From positions 49,910,001-49,974,000 of the forward strand of contig OZ024752.1 of NCBI GenBank assembly GCA_964016885.1: a stretch of 64,000 nt of DNA. Direction: 5' to 3'. The notes beneath the pieces were generated by a model. It did not search any database, was not told where the DNA came from, and saw nothing but the letters and a program-made list of their open reading frames with translations. Made by a program: the position numbers and the translations under genes. Below, one piece after another: positions 15,150 to 28,870 of this stretch (its first letter is position 1; the number at the start of each line of letters is the position of its first letter). This DNA comes from Eledone cirrhosa (lineage: Eukaryota).

Positions 15150-15420
15150 CACCGCAAGGTGATCGTGGAGGTGCCACAGCAAAAAAGCACCCAGCCCACA
15201 CTGTAAAGTGGACATGTAGGCGCCACGAAAAAGCACCCAGCACTCACTGTAAATGAGGTTGGTGTTAGGAAGGGCATCCAGCTGTAGAAATCAACCCAAA
15301 TCAGTTCCTGTATGAGCAAGGCATGGTCAGCCGACCAGACACTGCCCACAACAGGACAACCCGTCTAACCCATGCTAGCGTGGAAGAACGGACGTAAAAC
15401 GGTGATGATGATGATGATGA
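15150..15420 (+). mobile_element. SINE/LINE-tail element family C ending in (GAT)n
   Basis: GTTGGTGTTAGGAAGGGCATCCAGCTGTAGAAA ... AACCCATGCTAGCGTGGAAGAACGGACGTAAAAC(GAT)n; relatives at 21772-21910(-), 21920-22100, 24290-24470, 48025-48245(-), 55735-55850, 58483-58790(-). Confidence 0.8.
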
Positions 15421-16115
15421 AGATAAATCTAAGATATTTCTTCTAAACAACTTCTACATACTATTATCATGTTTGTAACATCTTCCCACCCTCTTCCATA
15501 TACATTCACCAAATTCAATCAGTGACATAGTGTGACTAAATCCTTGCCATACAACACTTCTTCTTGAGTAATATCTTAGTTCATTCTTACCATCTGCTTT
15601 TTACCATATTCCAAAATTTACTTCTTTCATCTTCCCTCCTTGACACATTTCAAGAAACTCAGACAATTTTGCTGTCTTTCTCACTGATATACGTCTTTAG
15701 TGTATAGTGTAATTTACGTTCATTTTTTTCTCTCTCTCTCTTTTTTTTTGCTGGGGGTGAGGGTAGAGAGTGGTGGGGAATTATTTAAATATTCAAACTT
15801 TTAATTAATTTGTTGTTTCTCTAATGAAAAAGCATAGAAAAGTACTTTAAATTCAGCGTAGCTTAAAAGAAGATGGAGACATGAATTATTTAGGCTTCTT
15901 AGGTAAAGATGGAAATAAGCAACATGCTTGGCTGAGTTTCTGGAATGATTTCATCATTTTAAGTAGTTTACCAAGAGTAAACCACTCAGCTGAGAAACTG
16001 CTTCAGAAGATAGTGAGTGTAGGAGGAGTAGGTGGAGGAGCAGTAGGAGAAGATGCAGGGGCAGCTCATAAAGAAAGACTAATAACTTAAAAGAAGAAAA
16101 ATGCATGATATACAT

Positions 16116-16169
<54 letters not shown>

Positions 16170-16576
16170 AGAGAGAGAGAGAGTGAGAAAAGGATGGGAG
16201 TGGGTAGTACAGAATGAAAGTATAATAAAGAAACAGTACTAATAAATGTTTAGAGAAGAAGGTGGACAGACAATATGACTGAAGATCAAGACTCAATCAG
16301 AACTGTTGCATATAAGAAATCCCTCGTTGAGGGATACTGTTTCAGCCATTAGAGATTGGACATGATGAAGTGTCACCTTCAAGAATATTTAGTCAATTGT
16401 ATCAATGCGAGTACTTGTTTCATCATGTTTAGTACTTATTTTATCAATCACGGTTTGTTAAACTACTACATTAGAGAGCATAAACAACTGTAAATGCAAA
16501 GACACACACACTCTCTCTCTCTCTCTCTCTCCCTCTCTCTCTCCTCTTTTTTTTCTTTCTTTCGATTTTTTTAAAA

Positions 16577-16612
16577 AATTCCGATGAAGGACTAGCATCC
16601 GAAACGTTAAAA
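16577..16612 (+). ncRNA. Degenerate minimal hammerhead-like motif
   Basis: CCGATGA-A-GGA ctagca TCC-GAAACGTT; one core mismatch (CCGA for CTGA) and poor stem I. Confidence 0.4.
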
Positions 16613-16698
16613 CTTTTACTACTATATTAAGTATGAAATTAATATATATCTTCACTGAACTTCATAATCTGATGTGTTTTTTTCTGTTTACTTTTCAT

Positions 16699-16785
<87 letters not shown>

Positions 16786-16908
16786 TGTATTTATTCACCA
16801 CATATCACAGAATTACTTGTCTCCTCTTGATCTTGTTACTTGGATATTTTCACCGCAATCACATTGTAGTGGCTTTCAAACCTCACAGTTTTTATATATG
16901 TATATATA

Positions 16909-17090
16909 TATTTAATTAGAAAGTGAACACAAAATATAACTACTCCATTTCCAAAGGTTTCTGGATCTTGAAACCTTTGGTAATGGATTAGTTATATTTT
17001 GTGTTGTTCACTTTCTAATTAAATAGCTCTGTTCTATACATAGAGCACTCTTTTTTCCTTTGCTTTTTCTTCAGAAATACCTAACACATA
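16909..17090 (+). mobile_element. Fold-back mini-insertion (Penelope-like pLTR remnant): ~53-bp hairpin plus 65-nt tail
   Basis: 16909-16961 is the reverse complement of 16970-17025; right arm begins GAA-ACC ttt GGT-A (hammerhead 3' half); flanked by TA repeats. Confidence 0.7.
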
Positions 17091-17094
17091 TATT

Positions 17095-17290
17095 TAGAAG
17101 TGACAGGAAATGCCAGTTGAAGGAAGACGTGGTAGAGGTAGACCACGAAAAACATGGGCGGAGGTGGTGAGAACAGACCTCAGATCGTTGAAGCTCACGG
17201 TGGAGATGACGAAGGACCGTGACGAGTGGAGAGATGCTGTGCTGAATAAGACCTGTCCCACCCTTGCGAGCAGGGAAGAGCGGACGTAAA

Positions 17291-17328
<38 letters not shown>

Positions 17329-17330
17329 AT
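17095..17330 (+). mobile_element. RTE LINE 3' fragment with (GAT)n tail
   Basis: Encodes EMPVEGRRGRGRPRKTWAEVVRTDLRSLKLTVEMTKDRDEWRDAV, the RTE C-terminal motif; homologous to 55284-55730. Confidence 0.9.
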
Positions 17331-17520
17331 ATATATATATATATATATATACATGATATTATATAATGGTTTATACATAAGCTAAATGTGATGTTGTTTG
17401 AAAATGTGACAGTATTATCTGAGGAAACTGTTCATGAAACTAGAGTAAGCTCCAAACTTTGACAGCATGTGTAATCATGGAAAAACAGATGTAAAATGAT
17501 AATTCCAACTTACTCTAAAA

Positions 17521-17785
17521 CAGGCCTGAGCAACCTCTTTTGAGAAGCAGGTGGGCCGCAAGCGCTAATTTACATTCGTGCTTACATTTAAAAAAAGGGA
17601 GGTAACTCAGGTTGTTTTGATTTGTTTCTTCAGAATTCGTAAACGTTGTTTTCCTCAGTCGTAAAAATGATAGACAGATAAATTACGACTGAAAAGTTGG
17701 TGTAAAAAAAATCAGAAAGATTTCACTTAGGTGACTTAAGCGAGCCCTTCAGAAAGTTTTGCGGGCCGCAGGTTGCCCATAACTG
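17521..17785. mobile_element. hAT-type MITE with 8-bp target site duplication CTCTAAAA
   Basis: Imperfect TIRs CAGGCCTGAGCAACCT / AGGTTGCCCATAACTG; CTCTAAAA at both 17513-17520 and 17786-17793. Confidence 0.85.
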
Positions 17786-18007
17786 CTCTAAAAGTTCGTA
17801 CATAAATACATAAAATTTTAAGGAAATAATGATATTATTTTATTGGTTATTGGATTTCATTTCTAGTCTATGTTACTGTAGCTTCTATTAGGAACTGAAA
17901 TCTATAAAATAAAACTGTTTAGTTAATCGATTAACAATAAATCGCAATTAATCTATGTGAGTCATTAGAAACATCATTATTTTGGCATTTAGTTAGCAGA
18001 ATATAGT

Positions 18008-18242
18008 TTAACACTTTTGATATGAAACCACATGAAACCAGTTTTGGTTCTTTTAAACAAAACTGTTTATTTTGAAGTGATAATATCTATCTAAAAACCT
18101 TCCATCATAATTTTATGTAAGAATCTTAAATTATGCTCCAAACAATTTATTACTAAATCCTTCCAAATTCTTGATTATTATCAAAATTATCTGAAAATCA
18201 TAGACAGTATCTTTCATTAGAAATATGCTAATGAAAGAGTTT
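18008..18242 (+). mobile_element. Older piggyBac-type MITE family 2 (degenerate)
   Basis: TTAACACTTTTGATA ... AGAAATATGCTAATGAAAGAGTT; related pieces at 26705-27063, 18860-18990, 46967-47085 and 57320-57560. Confidence 0.6.
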
Positions 18243-18650
18243 TGTTAATTGATTAACAATAAATCATAATTAATCTATATGCATCATCAAGGATATTGTC
18301 ATTTTGGTTTCAGATTATAGATAAAGAATTTAGGGAAAATGTATAAAACCACACAAACAGAATGTTTTATGAAATTGAGGTGATTTTTTTAAAACACTGG
18401 TGATTCCAAGCCATCTGAAACCACCTCTGGCTTTATGATACAAAGCCTCTCATTCTAAATTGTTCATACTTATAAACACTTTCATGATTGTATTTCAAAT
18501 GAAATTAATTAATTAATAATTTTGAGACTAAAACAATAACTTAACATAAGGTTCTTATGTAGGGGTGGTTTTGTTTCATAGAACAAGGGCTGTTTTTGCT
18601 CACGATGGTACAAAGAGAGTTAAAACCTTCCAGCATTATTAGTAAGAAAG

Positions 18651-18841
18651 GGCGGTGGATTGGCAGTATCGATAGAGGGTCGGACGCCATGCTTTGACGC
18701 ATAGAATTACGGCCCTTTCCATTCAGAGTTCAAATCCCGGCGAGGTTAGCTTTACCTTTCATCTTGATGGGTTCGCTAAAATAAAGTACCAGTAATACAC
18801 TGGGATATTTGCTGGTCTTGTGCCAAAAGTAGAAACAATTA
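18651..18841 (+). mobile_element. SINE family A
   Basis: A and B boxes plus conserved body, as in 13179-13361. Confidence 0.9.
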
Positions 18842-19309
18842 TTTGTAAGAAAGTTTTGTTAGGTAATGTTCGAAACATCAGCTTTGTAATGAAAGGTTCG
18901 TTATTTAACTAAGTCTTTTTTTATCTTCAAATGTTATTAAAACATATTTGTCATGTATTTCATTAGAAATATTGTAACAAAAGAGTTAAAGTTCCCTTAG
19001 GCATATAAATGAGGTGGCAGTGTTTATTACCAAACACAATTGTTGCTTACTTTTAGAATTTATTATATTACCATTCTCTAAAGTTTCTTTATTGCATAGG
19101 AATAATTTTAACCTTGTCAAACATGGGTCATGAAAGAAGGAATCTTAGAAAATGTATTCATTTGTAGAGAAACTCTGACATTAATCCAATTGTTACCAGG
19201 TTTCTCATGAACTATTTAGTCCATATGTTGCAATTTATTTAGGAAATAATGAAACATTTGAAGGTATTTAACAATATAATGAACTTTCTTGTTCAGGTGG
19301 TGTTTACAG

Positions 19310-19556
19310 CATAACTTAACACAGGTTCTTGCACAAATTTATGATAGGTGTTTAGATAAATATAAACACTTTAAAACAAGTGGTTTTGTTTCAAAGAACA
19401 ACAACCTGTTCTATGTGGTTTGGAACATAACTTAACACAGGTTCTTACACAAATTTATGATAGGTGTTTAGATAAATATAAACACTTTAAAACAAGTGGT
19501 TTTGTTTCAAAGAACAACAACCTGTTCTATGTGGTTTGGAACATAACTTAACACAG
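19310..19556. repeat. 116-bp tandem duplication (2.1 copies) within a MITE-2 remnant
   Basis: ATAACTTAACACAG at 19311, 19427 and 19543. Confidence 0.9.
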
Positions 19557-19708
19557 AAGAAGAAGAAGAAGAAGAAGAAGAAGAAGAAGAAGAAGAAGAA
19601 GAAGAAGAAGAAGAAGAAGAAGAAGAAGAAGAAGAAGAAAAAGAAAAAGAAGAAGAAGAAGAAGAAGAAGAAGAAGAAGAAGAAGAAGAAGAAGAAGAAG
19701 AAGAAGAA
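19555..19708. repeat. (GAA)n microsatellite
   Basis: Seen directly. Confidence 0.98.
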
Positions 19709-19959
19709 AATCGTAATTATCAAACTGACCTCTCTCAGCCTGTCATCTTCTACTTTAGATAAGTTTGAACTGCTGTAATTTGAAGGGCCATGTGGCTCCA
19801 GAAATTTCTGTCCAAGTGAATTGTTGGCTGCAAGAGTAAGTAGTTTAAGAAATGTATTTTAAACAAGTTTTTACTAAAAAAATATTTCATATTGTAATAC
19901 ATTTTCTTCTCATAGGGCCTAAAACTGAAAAAGTAGATAAACAATGTATTAATATTTCC

Positions 19960-20174
19960 TTAAACCCACCATATCTGGCCAAAATTTTCTCACCTTTTTC
20001 AGTTCAAAGCAACTGTAACCAGCCATACTTATACTGTGTTAAGGAATCGTTCTCAAAATATATTATATCAAAATCTCACAGATTAGATATTATGTGAGAT
20101 AATTATGTTAGATAAAGCCTTTATCGTGAAAATACAATAGTAAATATAGGGTAATGTAAATGCTAAAGGGTTAA
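19960..20174 (+). mobile_element. piggyBac-type MITE family 1 (5' degenerate)
   Basis: Homologous to 14074-14300; ends TAAATGCTAAAGGGTTAA. Confidence 0.75.
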
Positions 20175-20389
20175 ACATTGGTAATTCATAAACTGGTGCC
20201 TTATATCTTTGAGTCTGTAGGTTGTCTCTTCCAGATGACAAAACAATAGGAATGGTGTTATGCTACAGGCATATTTCTTTGAGTTAAGTGATCAGAAAAA
20301 TGTTATTTGAAGCAGTAGCAGATAATGAAATAATTAACTAATTAATTCAAGATTAATTTTCGAAAAAACATATAAATATTAATAATAAT

Positions 20390-20572
20390 ATAATTGTTTC
20401 TACTTTTGGCACAAGGCCAGCAATTACCCAGTACGTTACTGGTACTTTATTTTATCGACCCTGTAAGGATGAAAGGCAAAGTTAACCTCGGCGGGATTTG
20501 AACTCAGATCGTAAAGGGACGTAACTATGCTGGAAAGCATGGCATCCGACTCTCTACCTATACTGCCAATCC
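20390..20572 (-). mobile_element. SINE family A
   Basis: Homologous to the other family A copies. Confidence 0.9.
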
Positions 20573-20877
20573 AATACATTAGAATGAAGGAGTTGCTTTT
20601 ACTAAAACTTCAGGAGATCAGGAATGTTTCTTGTTATTAAAAAGAAAGAGAGGCAACTACTTTATCATTTCATATCTATTTTTCCATATTGGAATGGGTT
20701 AAACAGTTGACACAGAACAAGTCAGTCTTTTATTGGAGCTACTGTCCTCCTAGATGTCTGCAGGCAGGAGGAAAGGGGTCATCCCTTATTTGGAATGGTT
20801 TGTCTTTTGGTGTTTTCTACAGCTAGATGTCATTAGATCTCTAATGCCAACTACTTTACAAAGTGGGTGAATTTTAT

Positions 20878-21534
20878 TATGTCACCAGCGCTAAAGAGAT
20901 TGCCATCATGTCTTGGATGCAACTTATGTCACCAGCGCTAAAGAAATTGCCATCATGTCTTGGATGCAACTTATGTCACCAGCGCTAAAGAAATTGCCAT
21001 CATGTCTTGGATGCAACTTATGTCACCAGCGCTAAAGAAATTGCCATCATGTCTTGGATGCAACTTATGTCACCAGCGCTAAAGAAATTGCCATCATGTC
21101 TTGGATGCAACTTATGTCACCAGCGCTAAAGAAATTGCCATCATGTCTTGGATGCAACTTATGTCACCAGCGCTAAAGAAATTGCCATCATGTCTTGGAT
21201 GCAACTTATGTCACCAGCGCTAAAGAAATTGCCATCATGTCTTGGATGCAACTTATGTCACCAGCGCTAAAGAAATTGCCATCATGTCTTGGATGCAACT
21301 TATGTCACCAGCGCTAAAGAAATTGCCATCATGTCTTGGATGCAACTTATGTCACCAGTGCTAAAGAAATTGCCATCATGTCTTGGATGCAACTTATGTC
21401 ACCAGCGCTAAAGAAATTGCCATCATGTCTTGGATGCAACTTATGTCACCAGCGCTAAAGAAATTGCCATCATGTCTTGGATGCAACTTATGTCACCAGC
21501 GCTAAAGAGATTGCCATCATGTCTTGGATGCAAC
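20878..21534. repeat. 47-bp minisatellite, ~14 near-identical copies
   Basis: Unit TTATGTCACCAGCGCTAAAGAAATTGCCATCATGTCTTGGATGCAAC. Confidence 0.98.
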
Positions 21535-22454
21535 TGAAGAGTCCTTTCACATCTTTGACACATAGTTTCTATTGCTGGATGCCCTTCCTAATACCACCCC
21601 CTTTAGAGAGTTTCCTGGGTACATTTTATCATGGCACCAACACTCATGTTAGTAGAAACCCCAATGGTGGCACTAATAAAGTATTTATATATATTCAGGA
21701 GAACTACAAAATGTAGGGGTCAATCTATTTCTGTATCTACTCATTTATAGATGATAATTGGCAGAGTAATCATCATCATCATCGTTTAACGTCTATCTTC
21801 CATGCTAGCATGGATTAGACGGGAATTGTCCCACTTGAGGTAAGATTGGTTGGTAACCGTGTCTCGCTCATATAGGACTATGTTGCAGGTTTTCTACAGC
21901 TGGATGCCCTTACAGTAAACTCTGTAAAAAGCTTGGCCTTAAGAAGGGTATCCAGTAGTAGAAACCATACCAGAAATGAAATGTATGCAGAAGAGATAGT
22001 TTTTCAAACCTGTCTAGTTTCAAACCGTGACAACCCGGTCCAACCCATGCTGGCATGAAAAGACACATGTAAAATGCTACTATGATGATGATGATAATGA
22101 TGGATTCCTAATTTAAGAAGTATTTTTACAACAGTGTCTCTTATGATACACAATAATATTAATACTTAAAACGTAAAGTCAAAAATTCAAATCAAATCAA
22201 ATCCGTGTTTTGATTTGAAGTATTGTAACAACATAGTATGTAATTATAAAGAACTGATGGATCATATCAGAAAAAATCTTCATTTGAATAGAAGCCATGG
22301 AAACAAGGACAGATTGTCTCGTGAATCTTAAAATTAATTGTTGTGAATCAAGGTTTAAACCTTCAGCAATAATATATTTGTCATAAAAATATTTTTGTCT
22401 ATATATTTTCATATATAATTTAAAATAAAAAACAACTAAATAATTCTACATGAC

Positions 22455-22486
<32 letters not shown>

Positions 22487-22619
22487 GGGGGGGGGGGGGG
22501 GGGCGCATGTGTGTGTGTATATATATATATATGTATACATATATGTATATAAATGAAAGGATTACACAGGAGAATATAGCTTGTTAGAACATGTTTATAC
22601 AAAAGCACCTACATACTTG

Positions 22620-22645
22620 TGTGTCTATATATATATATGTATACG

Positions 22646-22711
<66 letters not shown>

Positions 22712-22716
22712 TATAT

Positions 22717-22763
<47 letters not shown>

Positions 22764-22954
22764 CTAATAATTAGAAAACAGTTTAATAAACATTTCAAAA
22801 AATATCATTAAAATAAATCCTTGCAGAAGGAATGTGAAATAAGATTTAAAATTGAAATGGCCTCCTTATATTTAAATTACTTCAGTAGGAAAAATGCTGG
22901 CAGCCTCTTATATATTGTATATTGTCTCTTATACATATATACATATATATATAT

Positions 22955-23045
<91 letters not shown>

Positions 23046-23080
23046 TATATTATTTATTTATATATATATACACATTATAT

Positions 23081-23142
<62 letters not shown>

Positions 23143-23776
23143 TATATTATATTATATATATATATATATGTGTATATATATATTGCTATATCTTTGGCAT
23201 AGTTTCTGACAACCAAATATATATAAAATATATACAATATATATACAAAATGGCAATCAGGAGTGTAATTATCTATTATAATGTATTGCGATGTTTAAAT
23301 GTTCTGTTGATAGCTATGAGCAGAGTTTTTGCCCACCTTTTCTTAGTGTATTTACAGTTTGCTTATCTTCAGCCAATTCAAACTCATTATTAGCTCTAAC
23401 TGAAAATCTCATAAGAATTTTTATTAAAACATTCTGCCAACAAAACTGCAAACAATAATCACACAAGCTGCCTAAAGTGGTCATTTACAATAACAGGAAA
23501 TGAACTTCAACTTTATGATAGATACTAAAAAAACAAAACTTAAACAAACAGAAAAACATACAAAGGGAACAACACAATATGATCTTTCTTTCAGCAATTC
23601 AGGTTTTTTTTTTTTTTTGCAGTCTTTTTTTTTTTAAAGAAATATATTTGAACAATGCTACTATACTATAATTAAAAACTTTCATTACTAATAGCTAGAG
23701 ATGTAGAGAGTTTAGATGTATATAAACATGCATATATACACACACATATATATATGTATATATATATATATATATT

Positions 23777-23827
<51 letters not shown>

Positions 23828-23842
23828 CATATATATATATAT

Positions 23843-23877
<35 letters not shown>

Positions 23878-23888
23878 AAAATAAACAT

Positions 23889-23964
<76 letters not shown>

Positions 23965-24005
23965 GTATGTATACACACATATATATATATATGTATACAC
24001 ACACC
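22620..24005. repeat. Clusters of (TA)n/(CA)n microsatellites
   Basis: Seen directly; the source of YI-repeat pseudo-ORFs. Confidence 0.9.
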
Positions 24006-24497
24006 ACACATAGTAAAATCAATAAGATTGTTCTGAAAATTTAGCTTTAAAGAAATTATTGAATTGGATGGACATTGTTTTTTTTTGGTTGACGATATTC
24101 AAAATATGGCATATAGACACTGCGGTTAATTAAGCTATATATTCAAATATAAGCCGAGGAATATGTGACAAAAACAAAATAAATGGTAAAATGGAAGGTT
24201 GGCTTATATACACCATCTGAACATTGTGTTGATTAGCAGCCACGGTTTATAAATGGGGATCGGATTCTCAGAGCAAAATCTAGGGGTGTAAATGGGGTTG
24301 GCGTTAGGAAGGGTATCCAGCCGTAGGAACCAAGTCGAAATCAGTTCTGTTTGAGAAAGACATGGTCATTTGACCTGGCATTTCTCACAACGAGACAACT
24401 CGTCTAACCCATACCAACATGGAAAAATGGATGTGAAACAGTAACGATGATGATGATGATGATGATGATGATCCATATATATAATAATAATGATAAT

Positions 24498-24605
24498 AAT
24501 GAAATTATTGTGTACAGTGCTCAGGTGCACTGCAACTCATCAAAGGTGCATGTATAGTACATAGAATAATATACAAATGTCAGGGAAGTGAACAGTGTAT
24601 GAGAC
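24498..24605 (-). repeat. Dispersed ~105-bp repeat, probably the 3' end of a non-LTR element; second copy at 28887-28993
   Basis: Two closely similar copies that share the same end next to ATAATAATG repeats. Confidence 0.6.
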
Positions 24606-24917
24606 ATATTAATACCAATTCATTTAATATTTGAACATTATCTATATACATAACAATTATTGCAATGGCAGTTGATAAAACAGTTTTAAAATTAAAATTG
24701 ATTTAGAATTTTTTTTTTAAATGACTTTATTTTATTTATTTATTTATTTTTTTTTTGTTTTTTATTATTTTATCTAAAAAAATTATTAATATTATTTTTT
24801 TTTTTGCAATGTGTTCCATTTTGTATCATATCTTAATGGATAAAATAGAATGTAATTATAGAAAAGGAAGCCAGTTTGCTAGGGCTTATGGTAAACTACC
24901 TTAATGCTGTATTACTT

Positions 24918-24953
<36 letters not shown>

Positions 24954-25030
24954 AGAATATAGGAGAGGATTATAAATATGAACTACATAAACATAATTGG
25001 GTGAAGAAGAAGAAGAAGAAGAAGAAGAAG

Positions 25031-25063
<33 letters not shown>

Positions 25064-25482
25064 AGAAGAAGAAGAAAGAAAGAAAACCGAAGAAGAAATG
25101 TGAGCCTGATAAAGAAAATGGTAAGGAAAATATATATTAAAAAAAAATAAAAGGGATGATGATAAAAAGAAGAAAATTCTTATGAATTATCTGAAAACTA
25201 TATTACATTAATAAAGGTCAGAAAAAGAGAGAAATGAGAGAGTGTAAGAAACGGAGCTGTGATAAGAAAGAGATGAGGGTTAGGTGGGATTAGAAAAAGG
25301 TGGGGAAAATATAAATATTATAAGAAGCTAGAAAAGTACAAGGCACCACTTCCTTTTAAATCTTTATTGATTTTTTTCACACCAGAGAAATTATTATTGT
25401 TTATTTACTTTTAGATTTTCTAAGTCATTTCAATTTTTATTTATTTCTTCCAATCTTATTTTCTTAGCCTTGAACAATATAA

Positions 25483-25670
25483 GGTGGATTGGCAGTATCG
25501 GTAGAGCATCAGATGCCATGCTTTGCAGCATAGGGTTATGGCCCTTTACGTTCTGAGTTCAAATCCCGCGGAGATTCACTTTGCCTTTTATCCTTACAGG
25601 GTTGATAAAATAAAGTACCAGTAATGTACTGGGGTATTTGATGGCCTTGTGCCAAAAGGAGAAACAATTA
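25483..25670 (+). mobile_element. SINE family A
   Basis: Homologous to the other family A copies. Confidence 0.9.
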
Positions 25671-25684
25671 TTATGAACAAATGT

Positions 25685-25892
25685 GGGCAGTCCCCTTGGT
25701 CCAGCCCCACCGACTCAAGCTGGGAGGGAAAGCTGCAGCATCCAAGCCACGCTTTATGATCTCATTGAGAGCAGCATGGCATGGAAGGCCGCCGACACTG
25801 TAGTGACAGGACAGCGGGTGGAGGGCAAAAGAGTCTACAGTGGATCTGCAGTGACATTTGTGTGGCTCGCAGATCTGGTCATAACTTTCCAA
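25685..25892 (-). mobile_element. Degenerate CRE-like non-LTR fragment (zinc knuckle leading into RLE)
   Basis: CHCRSTVDSFALHPLSC...HAALNEIIKRGL, then by frameshift LESVGLDQGD, matching the CxC..H..C / H..LN.IIKR.L / LEP.GL.RGDG pattern. Confidence 0.7.
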
Positions 25893-26162
25893 CCAAACTG
25901 GCTGTAAGTCTGTATGAAGACTTATACATATGATTTACTGGTCTGTGTAACTTTAAGTGACAAATTGGCGGAGTCATTTGAAGGACAGATAGAATTCTTC
26001 ACAGCATTTGTTACAGAGTTCTGTGATCTCTGAGTTCAAATTCTGCCAAGGTTAACTTTGCCTTTCATCCTTCAAAAGTTAAAAAAACATACCAGTCCAG
26101 TACTGAGATCGATTCTTCTTCTCTCTCTCTCTCTCACTCTCTTCTTCTTCTCTAAAATAAAT

Positions 26163-26668
26163 CAGCTGTATTCAAACCTGGATAGGGGACCAGCTCTATC
26201 AGGTGTAATTGCTGGTCCACAGAAGAATTTTCATGTATTTATCTGGAAGCACATGGAAGCACATGGCTTAGTGGTTAGAGCATTGGCCTTGCAATCGAAA
26301 GGTTGTGAGTTCAATTCTCAGACCGGGTGATGTGTTGTTTCCTTGAGCAAGACACTTTATTTCACATTGCTCCAGTTTACTCAGCTGTAGAAATGAGATG
26401 ATAGGGACTGGGGTCCCTATCATTCCACTGTAAAGTGGTCGTGGAGGTGCCACGGCAAAAAGCACCCAGCACTCACTGTAAATGAGGTTGGTGTTAGGAA
26501 GGGCATCCAGCTGTAGAAATCAAGCCAGCATCAGTTCCCGTCCCACCCTTGCAAGCAGGGAAAAGTGGACGTAAAAGGAAATGATGATGATGATGATTAT
26601 CTGTGGTCCACAGGATTTAAAATTATGAATTTAGTGGTCCGTGATGTCCAAAAGGTTGGCGACCACTG
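26163..26668. mobile_element. Probable hAT-type MITE interrupted by a SINE B insertion
   Basis: Ends CAGCTGTATTCAAACCT / AGGTTGGCGACCACTG followed by GTCTAGAT; TSD not well preserved. Confidence 0.5.
26252..26596 (+). mobile_element. tRNA-derived SINE family B with RTE-derived 3' tail
   Basis: TGGCTTAGTGG A box, GAGTTCAATTC B box, CCTTGAGCAAGACACTT core-like block, 3' end CCCACCCTTGCAAGCAGGGAAAAGTGGACGTAAAA(GAT)n shared with the RTE fragments. Confidence 0.9.
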
Positions 26669-27431
26669 GTCTAGATGGAATGCTATATTTTAAATCTAGG
26701 AAGTTTAACCCTTTTGATACCAACCCAGTTAAAAACCACCCCTGGATATACAAAAGATATACAAATCAAAATAAGGTTCTGGGAAGAAAGACTACATTTT
26801 AAATCTAGGAAGTTGAATCTTATTGATATCAACCCACCCAATACTGCCCCTGGTTCTACAGAATGAAATCACCCATCTTAAATAGTCCTTATTTAAATTA
26901 AAACCTTCCAACATAATTTGATGTAAGAACTTTTTGTTAAGTTATGTTATAAATATCTTGATAATGAAATAATTAATAATTTCAAGTAGATGCCAGCAAA
27001 ATTCTTCATTAATTAATTCAAATACTGTGCATTTATTAAGAAATATAGTAATGAAAGGGGCTAAAATTAATGATAGTCAAATAGAGGAGAGGAGGGAAAG
27101 AAAATGGAGGGGGTGACAGAGGATAAAGAAATAGGGATAAGGGAGAAAGACAACAGAGATAGTAAATAAAATTGAATATGAGAATAGTAGTTAGTGATTT
27201 ACAAGATAATTAGAATATTGATGCCAATTACAATAACAATGGTGATAGTAGCGCCACTACTGGCAATATCTTGAACACAAAAAAATAATAAATAAAACGG
27301 TACTAGACTTAAGCGCCAACAATGCACTAAGAACCATCAGTCGCATATGTGCACAAGCTAGCACAAGCTAGCACACGTTAGTTCTCTCCCCAAGACATAA
27401 CAACCCAGTCAGAGTTTGTTGTTTTTCTTCA

Positions 27432-27487
<56 letters not shown>

Positions 27488-27736
27488 TCATATCCTTGCA
27501 GGTGGCTATAGTTTCATTCCCAGTGTCTTTCTTCCTTTATCTCTCCGATATATTATCATCTCCTACAACCCACACCCACTCACACATAAAACTTCGCTGT
27601 CCTTTCTTCTCTCTTCTCTCTTTTCTCTTTAGTTCATCTAATTTCCTTGTCATATTTTTCTCTTTTCAGCCTTTGATTCTCCATGTATAAAATACATACA
27701 CTGTTTTATTTCATTTTTACTCTCTCTCTCTCTCTT

Positions 27737-27799
<63 letters not shown>

Positions 27800-28542
27800 G
27801 TTTATCTCTCTTTCATCACTTACCCACTTCTCTCCCATTCTCTATCTCCTTCTCACTCTCTCCCCACTCACTCTCTCTCTCTCTCTCTCTCTCCTCACAC
27901 TCTCTCCCCCACTCTCCCCCCCCCCCTCCCTCTCCCATCCATTCCTGCTGCTGTCCTTTTTTTTTTTTCCTTTCAATTTCCTTTTATTCCCCCATCTGCC
28001 TTTTTCTTCTTCCTTCCATATATTTCTCTTATCATTTTTATTTATATTTCTTCTCACCCCCACCCACCCCGCTATATTTTCTTGTATCCCCTCTCCTCCC
28101 CTCCCCTCCTCTCTCTATCTTATTTTCACCTTCTGCTCATCTTTTTTATCTCCATCTATCTCTCCCTTTATTACTTTCATAACTAAACTGTAACAAAAAA
28201 CACATCGTAGTAACAAGAGAAATAGTATATTCTATATTTTATATTACATGTACACTATGTGTTTGTCTTATTTGGGGAGTCGGGGAAGGAAGGGATTCTA
28301 CGATACAAGAAGAATTCCAAAATTTCAATAGTGATTAAGATAGAAAAACATTGTAACCAAGCTCATCATCATCACTCGTCGACTACTGTCGAGATGATGG
28401 ATCTCACTCTCATGCCCCAGAATCCCCTGTCCCCCATCGCTGCCCCCAAGCTAAAGCCAACCCCTGTGTCCTTCATTCTAGGATTTATGATAAAAAGCTG
28501 TTTATTTTAAGGACTTTAAAAATAATAATGATAATGATCATA

Positions 28543-28870
28543 ATGGTTTCTACTTTTGGCACAAGGCCAGCAATTATATCGATCCCCAGCGCATTACTGG
28601 TACTTTATTTTATCGACCCCGTAAGGATGAAAGGCAAAGTTAACCTCGGCTGGATTTGAACTCAGAATGATAATAATAATAATTGTTTCTACTTTTGGCA
28701 CAAGGCCAGCAATTGCCTAGTGCATTACTGGTACTTTATTTTATCGACCCCGTAAGGATGAAAGGCAAAGTTAACCTCGGCGGGATTTGAACTCAGAATG
28801 GCAAGGGCCGTAACTCTATGCGTCAAAGCATGGCGTCCGACCCTCTACCGGTACTGCCAATCCACCGCCC
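28543..28870 (-). mobile_element. Two tandem SINE family A copies (first 5'-truncated)
   Basis: Homologous to the other family A copies. Confidence 0.9.

Noticed and set aside
16909-17025. pre-miRNA or intrinsic terminator interpretation of the hairpins (also 54904-55018)
   Set aside because: Better explained as fold-back retro-insertions containing half a hammerhead and a shared tail; no expression evidence.
26264-26330. tRNA gene
   Set aside because: A/B boxes belong to SINE heads that continue into SINE bodies; no complete cloverleaf.
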